Origin: Cetorhinus maximus
Lineage: Eukaryota
DNA: 64,000 nt
Reading direction: 5' to 3'
Assembly (NCBI RefSeq): GCF_964194155.1
Contig: NC_135895.1
Coordinates: 39,432,001-39,496,000, forward strand
Within the stretch, counting starts at the first letter, position 1; every line of letters starts with the position of its first letter. Both the position numbers and the translations under genes were made by a program. Of this stretch, positions 48,691 to 60,652 are shown piece after piece. Under the pieces are notes generated by a model. The model was not told where the DNA came from. It did not search any database and saw nothing but the letters and a program-made list of their open reading frames with translations.

Positions 48691-49941
48691 GTTTGGAAGG
48701 TATAAATAATCCGTTTAGATCTGGTATGTAATTTTAAGCTGACTCTTCTTGCTTTGTTACCCCTACTTGGCTAAATATAAAACACAGGTCTTTCTAAAAT
48801 ATTTACTAGACAGATTTTTTTCAAATTAATTAATTTAGTGCTACTCACATTTTTAAAAGGCCACAAAAAGATCTTGAAAATCTGATTACAGATATAAATA
48901 ATGTATTATTAAAACATGATGAGTAAAATTTTCTATGTCTCCTTTCAAACAGCAGGATCTGATAGAAAACTAAATGTATTTAAACATAATGCCAACTTAG
49001 TGCATTTCTACACACACGAAGCTTCTTGTTGAAGAACTGGGAAAAAAAAACATTCATAACTTAAAATTGTGTATAAAATGTGTCTAAAGCACAGTAAGTA
49101 CACAATTAGATTCAATCAGTAAGTAGCAAACCAATGTGTTTTTTGAAACCATGGACCAGTGATTTCTGACCCTTTTGTCTGATGGTTCTGCAGCCTTTAT
49201 TTCAGGATACACAGTGCGGATTGTAAGAAAACACACAACAGTCAGTATAGCACACAGTGTTCCCAAATTAACAGAATAAATACACACCGTTCTGCAAGGA
49301 ACAAATTCTGCTATATCTGTGACATCCATTTTTTTCAATCCAACCTAACTCACTAAGACACTCAATGATAAGTTCAAATATTGAGCATGACACGTGCCCC
49401 AAAGTTGAAATATTATCTATACATCATTACATCAATAACAACTTTACTGACTACTCAAAATAATTGAACTTTTTGTATTTGAGGGCAGCGCAATCAAATA
49501 ACACTGGGGCACCTTCCTGAAAAGCATTCAACATTTATTATGACCATTAATTGTCACATCAGCAGCAATGCAAAGTCCTCTCTTGCATTTTGACCTTATG
49601 TCCCCTCATTAAACTTGGAAACTAGGAGAAAGGGTGTTGTGTCAAGGGCTAGCTTATCTAAACGAAAAGGTGCATTTATATAGTTCCTTTAATGCAGAAA
49701 GTGCCAGGGAGCTTCGCGGAGAATAGATAGACATAAAAAGAGGTGGAGACAAACAAGGAGATATTAGATAACCGAAAGCTTGGTCCAAAAAGTGAATTTC
49801 AAGTCTGAAGGAAAGATTTCACTTGAGACCTGAACCTGAACTCTTCCCATTCACAGATGCTTCCCTCCCTCGAGTGTTTTATTCCCAGTTACTTTTCATT
49901 GGGCTTGTAAGAACTCACTGAAGACTCTCCCGGACAATTAC

Positions 49942-50251
49942 CTGTGTAAATAAACTCCAGGAGTAAGCGGAAGGTTTCTGCCTCGATGCCATGGATCTGG
50001 ATGAGTTTTTTGCTGGCTTCCTGCATCCCTCCTGCGAACAACACTGCGAAATACGGGCTGCTAGCGGCCAGGATCAGCTTGTGGACGCTGAAAAGCTGTT
50101 CCTCCACCTGCAGCTGCACATCGCAGAAATCAGCTCGGGCCCTCATGCGGTTTATCTGGGCCAGCAGGGCCCGGGCGTGTTTATCACAGGCCGATCGTCC
50201 CGGTTCCCAGGCCGGGCTCGAGCCCGGCTTCGGATAAACGCAATGGGCCAT
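49942..50251 (-). CDS. IPP: IPP (intracisternal A particle-promoted polypeptide, KLHL27) first coding exon, BTB domain; full CDS 1773 nt, 590 aa
   Basis: MAHCVYPK...DKHARALLAQINRMR...FCDVQLQV...HKLILAASSPYF...LLEFIYTG; donor G|GTAATT. The eight exon lengths sum in frame with consistent phases. Confidence 0.93.
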
Positions 50252-50510
50252 CACCCCGTTACCCAGCAACAATCAACACCCAGACTGGCACCGTCAGGCA
50301 ATCGGAAACTCCTCACACCGCCATCAATCTGCTCAACCCCGGGAGTGGGGAAACAGCCCGCCCTCGCTCTGCTCCGGAACAGTCCGTCATCGGCTAATCC
50401 TCCCTGCCAGGAGCAGTAATCGAACCCCGTATGACAGCTGCCTGAAGCCGCCGGCCGCATTCAATGGTTGGTCCTCAGCAACCGTCCATGACAGCAGCAA
50501 GTGCTGAGTC

Positions 50511-51010
50511 CTCCGGGACAGCGGGAGGCGCTGTGTCCTCCGGGACCGCGGGAGGCGCTGTGTCCTCCGGGACCGCGGGAGGCGCTGTGTCCTCCGGGCC
50601 AGCCGGAGGCGCTGTGTCCTCCGGGACCGCGGGAGGCGCTGAGCCGCTGTATCCTCCGGGACCGTGGGAGGCGCTGTATCCTCCGGGTCAGCGGGAGGCG
50701 CTGTGTCCTCCGGGACCGCGGGAGGCGCTGTATCCTCCGGGACAGTGGGAGGCGCTGTATCCTCCGGGACAGCGGGAGGCGCTGTATCCTCCGGGACAGT
50801 GAGTGTCGCTGTATCCTCCGAGACCGCGAGAGGCGCTGTATCCTCCAGGATAGTGGGAGGCGCTGAGCCGTTGTGTCCTCCGGGCCAGCCGGAGGCGCTG
50901 TATCCACCGGGATAGTGGGTGCTGCCAAATCCTCCGGGCCAGCGGGAGGCGCTGTGTCCTCCGGGCCAGTGGGTGCTGCTATATCCTCCGGGCCAGCGGG
51001 AGGCGCTGTG
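50511..51010. repeat. 27-bp GC-rich minisatellite, 18 units (consensus CTCCGGGAC(A/C)GCGGGAGGCGCTGT(G/A)TC)
   Basis: Units parsed directly; units at 50619 and 50843 carry the same 8-nt insertion. Confidence 0.97.
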
Positions 51011-51877
51011 ATTCTCATTACCAAACTGCACATTGACGCAAAGCAAACAGGGATATATTTAAATGTGAAGAAGAAAATAAGCTGCTGTTGTAAAGACCTA
51101 TTTTGAAACCTGTTAATTTAAGCTGATTTTGTTCAGAACTGACAGGCTCAATTCTCCAATCCACTTTTATTTCTCAAGATATTTTGTTTCCTGATGACAT
51201 TTGAAAAGCAATGGTTCAAATAACATGGATTTTAGTTCTGGGCATTATAAATTAGGCTCTATCGATGGATTTAGCGGCTCCAATAGTAAATAATGCAAAC
51301 TCTTAAAATATGGTACAAAGCGGGTGCTATTTCGGTTAACTGGAGGGGGCAGGTCGCGGGAGGGTGAACCGTGGCAGTTATTGATTCGGATTTTGCTGTC
51401 AGTGGTGAACAAACGGCGCTTTCTGGGGACTTTTTACATCGCAACTTTCTGTATGAGAGCTTTGAAAAAGTGTTGCACCCTATACAGGGAAACTCTTTCG
51501 CGTTATCAACAGTCACAGATTGCAACTCTTTCGAGTACAATCACAGTTCTTGGTTTCCAGGAGTGGGACATGAACCCACAGATTCAAAGGCGAGGGTGCT
51601 ATGGACTGAACCACAGCTGACACTGGGACCCTGTGAAACAGGGCAAGCAATTGTACAACTTCTTTGTTAATCAGATTGGACAATCCTTACTGAAGTGCAC
51701 AAATTCCAAACCAGGAAGTATAATCTAGAATATTTGATTGAATTAAAAATAATGCGCAGTGCAGAAAGCAAAATAAAGAAGGGGAAAGAACGATGAGGTT
51801 TCGAGAGAAACAAAATAGGTTAAAAAAAAAGCTTTTAAAAATCTCTAGCTATCATTTCAATTTCAAGGAATAAGACA

Positions 51878-52690
51878 TGTTATGATCCTTGGCCAGACCC
51901 AGGGTTGTGGGTGAGGTCCTGTTAGGGACCAATAACGTTTTGTTTTAAGTAGACAAAGTTTGAGATTCAAGGCGCTGACTGAGTGAATAAAGCCACAATA
52001 TTCCACAGGTTTGGAACAAACAAAAATGAACTTTACTACATAAATTCAGAATGATAAAACAATTTACAATATCTATCTTATACTCTAACATTCAAGGCAA
52101 GTATGAGGTAAATGTGAATTAACAGTCAAACTGTGGCCTGACACGCCACACAATAAATGGCAGATGCAGTCAAGCCTGATTCCATGGATTTCTCAACAAC
52201 CCACCCAGACATCGAGCCAACCAATCTCATTGAAATTTCATCTTTCTCACGAGGGTTTCCAATCTCCATATTTGAAGATCTCACCTTGGAATGCTCTCCA
52301 AAAGTCACTCCCACTCAGACGGACAATGGCTCATTTCGCAGAGTTTCAGTCTCACCTTCCTAGATTCCATTCCCTTGGATTTCCAAGTACCCTCAAGCAT
52401 CACTTTACAAGCGCAATTTCAGATCTTCAGCCATGCCAAACAGAACATCACTGCTCCGAAGGGGTACCTTTCCTCCAAAGCCCTCAGCACAGCTGCCTTG
52501 TGGATCTTCTGGGCTTCTCTCAAGCCCACTTCACTTAAAGTCTGCCCTCCGCAGCTCTTTCTTCAATTTAAAGTTTATTTCTCTGCTCCTTTCTTTTAAC
52601 TTTTAATGGGACCTGTTCCTGCCCCCTGTCTTTGTCCCTCTCTCTGGGACACTTTTGCTTTGGTGCTCTGCACTCTGTCACATGACTCAG
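51878..52690 (-). mobile_element. Possible solo LTR
   Basis: Begins TGTTATGA and has LTR-like composition; right boundary and TSD not resolved. Confidence 0.3.
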
Positions 52691-53567
52691 GTTTTCACAC
52701 CCTTTTTTTCCTATTCACAGGCATGCAATGCCGTTCCTAAGCCTGAAGAACATAAAAAAGGTAATACTAGGCATGTGCAGCCCATTCCCAGTCTGCACAT
52801 GTGTGAAAGACCCAAGGATCATTGGGACTTGGAGATCCCAACCTTCAAACTCAGCAAGATTTCATCACAAATATTGAGTTTATAAAAGTAAATTTTTAGT
52901 GCCAGAGATGTTTGGCAGCAATTAAGATCTATCACGCCATTAAAATTTCACTTGCACTACAATAGACAAGCACTAATTTTTTTCTGGCGTGTTTATGTGT
53001 TTCCAGTGGTAAGTGCCACAAAGTCACTCCCATGTATTTGAATGCCAAGTGTCACAATAAGCCCGGTCTTTTTGCTTTCTGGACACACTGGATCAAAAGA
53101 ATAGTGTATTCCATTTACCACATTGAATTCTTAAACTCTCAGATCTTCCCAGTTTACATTTGCTTGATTGCAGTCTTCCATTAAAATAACCTCTTGTTCC
53201 CACATATCCTTAATATCTTGTCCTTTATTAATGGTATGGGGAACTATACTACCCCAATCCATTACAGTTACCTTGGATTTCCTGTATTAGAGAGGTTTGC
53301 CAAGAGTACTTTATCCCACAGCTTATAGCACATCATTTTTTTATCCACACTGTCCTTTTTTGAAAGCTCTATATGACTGGATATTGTATTAATTTAATCC
53401 TCAATGTTCAGCCATCTTTCTAATACTTTGACCAGATATAGCTGCTGACTGCCAAAGCATCCTCCAATTGTGGCACCTTATTGTCAAGGCTTCTAGCATG
53501 CATACAATTCCAAGTCTTCAGTTCATGAATGCCTTTCTGGGTTTCTGTGTCCATGTCCATCTCGATC

Positions 53568-55210
53568 ATAAGAAATCGGAGCAGGACTAGGCCATACAAC
53601 CCTTTGAGCCTGTTCCACCATTGAATAAGATCAAGGCTGATCTTCTACCTCAACTCCACCTTTCACACTTAATGACCTCTGTCTTGAATATACTCAACAA
53701 CTCAGCATCCATAGCTCGAAGAGGCACAGAATTTCAAAGATTTAAAACCTTTTGAGTGAAGAAATTCTTCCTCATCTCAGTTCTAAAAGGTTGACCCTTT
53801 GTCTGAAACCGTGATTCCCTTGCTCCAGCTTCCCAGACATGGGAATCATGCTCCCAGCATCTACCCTGTCAAAAACTTTAAGAATTTTATGTTTCAGTGA
53901 GTCACCTCTCAATTTTCTAAAGTCAAAAGAATATTGGTCTAGTCTGCTTAATCTCTCTTCATGGGACAATCACCTCACCCCAGGAACCAGTCCAATGAAC
54001 CTTCGTTGCAATTCCTCTAAGGCAATTATATCCTTTCTTAAGCAAGGCCTAATATAGTACATCGTGCTTCAGTACATAAAAGATCATCAACCTGAAAATT
54101 AACTCTGTTTCTATCGCCACAGCTGATGCCAGGCCTGCAAAGTATTTCTAAACATTTCTATTCCTATTACAGTACTCCATGTTTGATCTCAACAAGGTCC
54201 TATATAATTGTTGTAAGACCTCTTACAGCCACAGGCTAACATACTATTTGATTTCCTAATTGTTTGCTGTACCTCCATGTCAACTTTGAGATTCGTGTAC
54301 AAGGACACTAAGGTCCTTCCAAATACCAGCATTTTCCAGTTCCTCACCATTTAAAAAATATACTATTTTTCTATTTTTCCTACCAATGTGGATAACTTTG
54401 CACTCTCCACATTATGTTCCATCTGCCATGTTCTTGTCTGTAAACAGTTCTAAAAGGTTGACCCTTTGTCTGAAACCGTGATTCCCTTGCTCCAGCTTCC
54501 CAGACATGGGAATCATGCTCCCAGCATCTACCCTGTCAAAAACTTTAAGAATTTTATGTTTCAGTGAGTCACCTCTCAAGTTTCACAGCCTCCTTATGTC
54601 CTTCTCACAGAATACTTTCCCACCTAAGTACCCTCAGCAATGTTGGACACATTATACTCAATACCAGCAACATCCCAGATTATAAATAACTGAGGCCCAA
54701 GCATTGATCTTTGTGGTACCCCACAGGTAACAGCCTGCCAACCTGAAAATGACCCATTTATTCCCATTCTGTTTCTTGTTAGTTAACCAATCCTAAGTCC
54801 AAGCAAACATATTACCCCCATCTCATTGGCCATAATTTTTGTATAATAGCCTTATGCGTGGCACCTGATCAAATGCTTTTTAAAAATTTGAATGTGCTAC
54901 ATCCGTTGGTTCCCTCTTAGCTAACTTGCTAGCTACAATCACTGAAATCAGATTTATTACACAAAATTTCCCTTTCATAAATCCATGTTGACTCTGCCCA
55001 ATCACATTCTGATTTTCTAAGTGCTTTATTATCACATCCCTCATAATAAAGTTAACATTTCCCGATGACTGACATCAGACTAATTGACCCAGGGACTGTT
55101 CTAGAATCTAGAGAATTCGGGAACTTAAAAGCCAATGCATCGACTATCTCTAGATAAAATTCTCAAACATAAGCCATCAGGGCCCGGAGGATTTGTCAGC
55201 TTTCAGTCTC
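53568..55210 (-). mobile_element. Decayed CR1 LINE (3' end to RT) with small insertions
   Basis: MSHEERLSRLDQYSFDFRKLRGD peptide; GVPQ and AFDQVP remnants on the minus strand. Confidence 0.8.
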
Positions 55211-55234
55211 TTTAATCTTTAAACTAGTTCTTGT

Positions 55235-55560
55235 TTATTCTTTCATGGGATGTGGGTGTCACTGGCAAGGCCTGCATTTGTTCCCCATCCTGACTTGCCC
55301 TTGAACTGAGTGGCTTGCTGTGGGCCTAGACTGAGAAAGGTGGAAGATTTCCTTCCTTAAAGGACATTAGTGAACCAGATGGGGTTTTACAACAATCAAT
55401 GATAGTTGTCATGGCCACCATGACTGAGATGAGCTTTATATTCCAAAATTTTTTAATTGAATTCCACCAGCTGCCATGGTGGGGTTTAAACTAATGTCTT
55501 CAGAGCATTTGCCTTGACTTCTGGATTATTTATCCAGTGTCATTACCACTACACCACCAT
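55235..55560 (-). mobile_element. tRNA-derived SINE (35617 family)
   Basis: Minus strand starts GGTGGTGTAGTGGTAATGACACTGG and ends GACACCCACATCCCATGAA. Confidence 0.75.
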
Positions 55561-56231
55561 CTTCCCCTTTTTTCCCATGACCGGGCTCATCCAAATCCGG
55601 TTGTCTCATTTACCTTGTTTAAATGATCCTGAAGAGCCTGAATTACAGTGCTCCATACTAAGCGGTAGGAGCATGTATTTCTGTTATAATTGCAGCATTA
55701 TCTAATGTTACAAAAACGTTACTAAATTGTGATAATCATCGTTAGCTGAAACCTCAATAAGTGTAATATATTAAAATTCTACCTAAAATGCATGCTCACT
55801 CATTCAAATACTGAACTGTATTCAACACTGACTGGGAATGTGATTAAAATTTGGGAAAACAGGAACTAAAATTATAAATATCTGTGGGACATGACCATTT
55901 CTGGAGCTCTAAGGCAGAGGGTGTTTTTGGAGGGAAATATGCTGGGTTTGAATATCAGAGATCAGTGAATATTCTCAGGATATGTTGCTTATCTTTAGAC
56001 ATCAGGGAGTAATGTACAGCTTTCCATTTGAAGGTTAAATTAGTGGGGTCAACTTCAGCATGTAAGGTGAGCCAGAGCTTTCAGGGACAATGTTCAACTT
56101 CTGAAGCAAAATCTTGGTAATTTTCAGTTTCTGGAGCACAGCACAAGTACACTCCATACTATAGTGGTACTATGGCACAGCCGATGGTAAAGGCTGAGTT
56201 GTTCAAATCCCAGAGGGAAACTTGAAACAAA

Positions 56232-56967
56232 TGTCATAAACCATTTTTGCAATTTGTAATTTTAAGATGCAGACTTTGAATTGAGTACGAATAAGAACAC
56301 TGAGTCTCGAGGTTTTTATATAAAACTAAATTAAACGTATTAATTTAACAACAAATTAAACACATACACATGGCTACAAATTACTACTATAATAACTTTA
56401 ACAAATCCTAAAATTAATTACCCCCAGATAAATCTCCACTAAGGCAATAGTAACCCATAGACTTTAAATAGACACCAGGCAAAGCACATTTGACTTTACA
56501 AATTCCAAATGAGTTTCCTTTGCAAGTTGGTTGGAGGCGTACAGGCTGGTTAGGTTTTAAATGCCTCTATCTTACACCTTTCTTTACATACCTAGCTTTC
56601 CCTTTGAATGTAAATTTTCCATTGTATCACTAGGTCTTTTGAACTTCAGCTCAGCTAACAATAAACCCCTTTCATAGCACCAATTTTATTAGTAAGCTGA
56701 AAAAAATAAACACATTGTTTGGCTTCTTCTAGCAAGATTTTACCTGCAGTCTTGAATGATTTATTCAACAAATGCAAATGAACACTTTACCTTACTGTTC
56801 TGCTTACTGTTCACCCAATTAACATCTCAAAACTACTATACGTCAAAGCACCCAGACTAGCTGGCTTTAATCCAATCAAGCCACACACATAGACACAGAC
56901 TCCACCACAAGTCCAATTTAAAAATAATTTCCAATAACATTATACACATGAATATCTCTTGATGACA
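56232..56967 (-). mobile_element. Probable solo LTR
   Basis: TGTCAT...ATGACA inverted termini; internal similarity (reverse complement) to 62811-63400. Confidence 0.5.
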
Positions 56968-59886
56968 ACAGGCACATGAAAAACACTGTATTTCTGAAAT
57001 ACAATTACAATTATACATTCACAAGTCTGTTAGTCAATTCATTTACATGCACACTTGGGAGGACAAATGTGAAGTTATGTTTTAAAATACTCAAGTGCAA
57101 GCCTTGCTGGTGTGAAGACTTGATTGGGAGATGATTACTGGATTATTAAATAAAAACATAACTATATTTACTCTTCTCCTTTATTTTAAATTTTTATTCA
57201 CTGCCCCCAAGAAAAGATGGGGAATTTTTTTAAAAAATCGAATGGTAGGTTTTTAAACAGGTTATGAGTCATTTGGATCCTTGTATTGTGGAAATGATGA
57301 GAGATCTGCCTGATCCAGGAGTGAGCTGAGCTGCATTTGATAATTTTTCCAATCCACTGAAAGTTGATGCAGTGTTAAGAATGGAAGCTGGAAGGTTAAG
57401 AAAAATGAAAGGTTTAATCTGAGAGTGGGGGAAGGGAATTTGACTGATATTGATATCGATCACATGAAATTTGAGATATAATAATTCTCACACATTGGGC
57501 CAGATTTTCGCAGAATCGAGGAGGCTCTGTGAACCTTTAAAAAGGGTGCTTGGGACCCAATTTCAGAAGTTGCACCCCCATTTCCAACAGACCCCATTTT
57601 CACCAGTAGTGGGTAGGGGAAAGGCGGCGGAGCGTGACTCACACAGGAGGAAAACCCAAACTCAGCAAGGCCATTTGAATTCAGTGCTGAGTTCATTGTA
57701 GCAAGGGTCTTATCCCACAGTGTGTGAGTTATGAACTTTTGGAGTAGATGTAAACGCTCATGAAAGACATGAGTTCTGTAGAACTGACAAGCTGTGAATT
57801 ATTTAGATCCCCAGCCCTTTAAAAACTAAAATATAGACTGCCTATATCAGTGAGAGTTGAAAAAAATCTGTTCTAGCAGTTACAACATCTGTTTGTTGTC
57901 CTTTACACAAGGGCTATCAGTATGTCATTAATAATGCATGGACGCTTTCCACGTCCTATAATTATCTCAGCATGAGGATCTTAGGTTCACAGTTTGATTG
58001 ACAGCCCAAAGAGGTTATTAAAGATCAGCTGTCTTCGATGTGAGGTTATGAATACCAGTCTGTTTGTTTCTATGAAGGGATTTGAAAGCTTTGAATGGGC
58101 TTTCATGAAGGGGAATGTTTCTTTACTATAATAAAGGCTATAAAAGGTATTTAGGCCTTTATTCTATTTCATCTCAACATGACTCCTGAGATCTGCCCAT
58201 GGTGGATACTGGGTGAGTTGGCCTGGAAGGTGTAAAGCCATGGGGGTGGCGGGGGGGCAGGGGGGTGGAGGGGAGTACATAGGATAAGATGACATGACGG
58301 CATGAAAGTGGCATGAAGAATGGCTGGGGGCTGATGAGGTGTGAGGGATGAAAGCTAAAGGGCCTAAAATTTAAGGAAACAATGGGGATAAAATCCCAGA
58401 GAACCAAGGCAGCCTGTTTATAAAGCCTGCCTTGGCACTCGGCAGCCCCTGTGGCCACGTCTGAGGGCCATGGGTCCAACTCCATCCCACACTCGCACCC
58501 CTAGAGCAGAAATCGGTCTGATGGGGCATTTTCTCCCGACATACATGCGGCAAGCCAGGAAATATCCTGACTCACGCGAACGGCCTCGGGAGTGAAAATC
58601 CAGCCAAATGTTGAATTCATCCACTCAGCAATAAAGGAACGATACATCTTCTATCGCAATGTCCCTAAACTTTCAATAAACTTGAAACAACAAAAAGATG
58701 ATAGAAGTGAACATTTTTTTATTTTTCTTTAAATTAATTTGACAAATTTCTGACATAACTGGCCGATCAAAATTTTAAGCCTGTTTCTTCAAGTAACTCA
58801 TTGATCAGAAGCATCTTCAGCTCTTTACAGTGCACTGAGTGAAAGAAATATGAATAACATTATTCTGAAATAATAAAGCATGTTGCAAAGCAATTCATTT
58901 AACAGACATAAAATTAAACAAAAGTATCCAGAAAATGTGCTTTGATCTGAGGAGTATAAGCCTCGCTGAAGGTTGTGATTTGATGCTCCTGAACTATTCC
59001 TTTAGCTCATGTCTCTTAGTTGGTGAACTATGATAGTTCTCTATAAATCCTCTGGTGCAGAACTGATTTCATCATGCCTATTGCTCCTGCCCAGCTGAGA
59101 TGGCTTGATCTGTTGATTTTATTGCATCATTCATTTAAAAAGTTAAAATAAAAAACAGCTAAAAAAATCTTTGGTGGCATAACATAATGGAATGCTGCTG
59201 TAACTCTGCCAGATAATGCGTGGAAAATCTGAGCAGCTGATAGCTATATACTTTACCATTCAAATGAATGCATTCTCACAGATTAAAATTTTTCAATAAA
59301 TCAAGGTCAGCCTCACAACATTAACTTAAGTCAACCTGAACACTCAAATTGTTCTCTTTGGCATTAAATGGGTTATCTCCTGTCTATCATGAATACACAG
59401 CAGAGAATGTGCCTCACACTGGTTGGCCAGTGATGTATAACATCATTAGTAGGCTTTGAAAAAATATAGGGCATCATTGATAAGCTGGCAAAAATAGACG
59501 TCTTAATGACCAAGGCTGTGAATAAGCCACTTGAAAAATAGTATAAAAAGACCAAGCAATGAAGATGAAAAATAACTTACAAAGTGGGAAACAGGAACTG
59601 TGCCATTTTTCTGATCCATTCCTGTCAAACATATCAGGAATAAAATGGTAAGAAAACCCCAAAACAATGTCAATCATCGTGAGCTATGAAGATAAAATTC
59701 TCAGTTTCTCAGTTTTCTCAAAATTTTTCAGATCAGAATATATGACTGTTATCGAGGGCCATTGTTAACACTGGTCAGAGCCACCCATTTAAAATAACGG
59801 CCAGAATATTTCAAACAGAAAAATATAAATTCTCTAACAACATGTTTTTGAGAAGTTTAATTGCAATCCACGAGTTAAGTACTTAC

Positions 59887-60142
59887 ACTATTTTGTCCCT
59901 TTTTTCTCCTTTTCCTTCTCTTTCCTATCAGGCAGGTTTTTATGCCTCTTCTGACAGAAAGGTGCTTTCATGAGTTCTGCGTGCTTAGCTTCTGTGGAAA
60001 TCGAAGTTCCTCGATGGCGGACAAGATATTCGACCATATTATTATCATCATCATCCATCATCAGACAGTGACATGGACATGAAATCACATTGAATGTCGT
60101 ACCCCACATATTACCACAGAGGTCCTTGCCATCCTTATACAT
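59887..60142 (-). other. Orphan exon-like segment containing a complete 84-codon ORF
   Basis: TTCTCTGTGTAG|ATG at the 5' end; TAG T|GTAAGT at the 3' end. No recognisable protein family. Confidence 0.35.
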
Positions 60143-60379
60143 CTACACAGAGAATAATTGGATTGTTAACAGGCAGATAATCATCACATTAAACTTACTG
60201 GTATAAACAACATCAATTCCAATTGTTTATGTGCGTTAAAGATGCAATTGCTTGAAGGTGCAGAAGACTGAATGAGATTCATCAGCGACAATATTGTCAT
60301 CACATAGGAATAATTGTAATAACATAAATAGGGACTGTAAGATATCTATTTAACTTTTCTCTTCATCCGCTGAGAGTTC

Positions 60380-60652
60380 TGTAGTATGAGGGTGTTTGAC
60401 ATAGCAAGGGTTAATGTAGGACTGGAGAACAGTACCACCTACATTGTGATGTAAAGAGTCACATGACAAGGGACCTGGGTCAGCCTAAGAGTATGCAGAG
60501 ATCTATGCAGAAGTAAGCATGGAGTTAGCTTATAGTCTGGGCTATAACGTGTATATATGTATATAGTTATATGTTACCAATAAACACTACCGTTCAACCT
60601 TAGAAGCCTCTGAATCTCTTCACGAGACCTACTGAACAGAACGCACCTTTAT
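60380..60652 (+). mobile_element. Probable short solo LTR (Gypsy-like)
   Basis: Starts TGTAGTAT; AATAAA at about 60579 followed by a short U5-like stretch. Confidence 0.4.

Noticed and set aside
50470-50540. REST/RE1 site (TCAGCA.. and GGACAGCG half sites)
   Set aside because: Half sites are imperfect and lack canonical spacing.
50511-51010. CRISPR array
   Set aside because: Contiguous tandem units without unique spacers; vertebrate context; no cas genes.
50387-51046. Long ORFs on both strands (PEDTAPPAV, GGAVSSGTA repeats) as a mucin-like gene or IPP N-terminal extension
   Set aside because: A by-product of a stop-free 27-bp unit. 8-nt insertions switch frames, and the ORFs stop before the IPP ATG.
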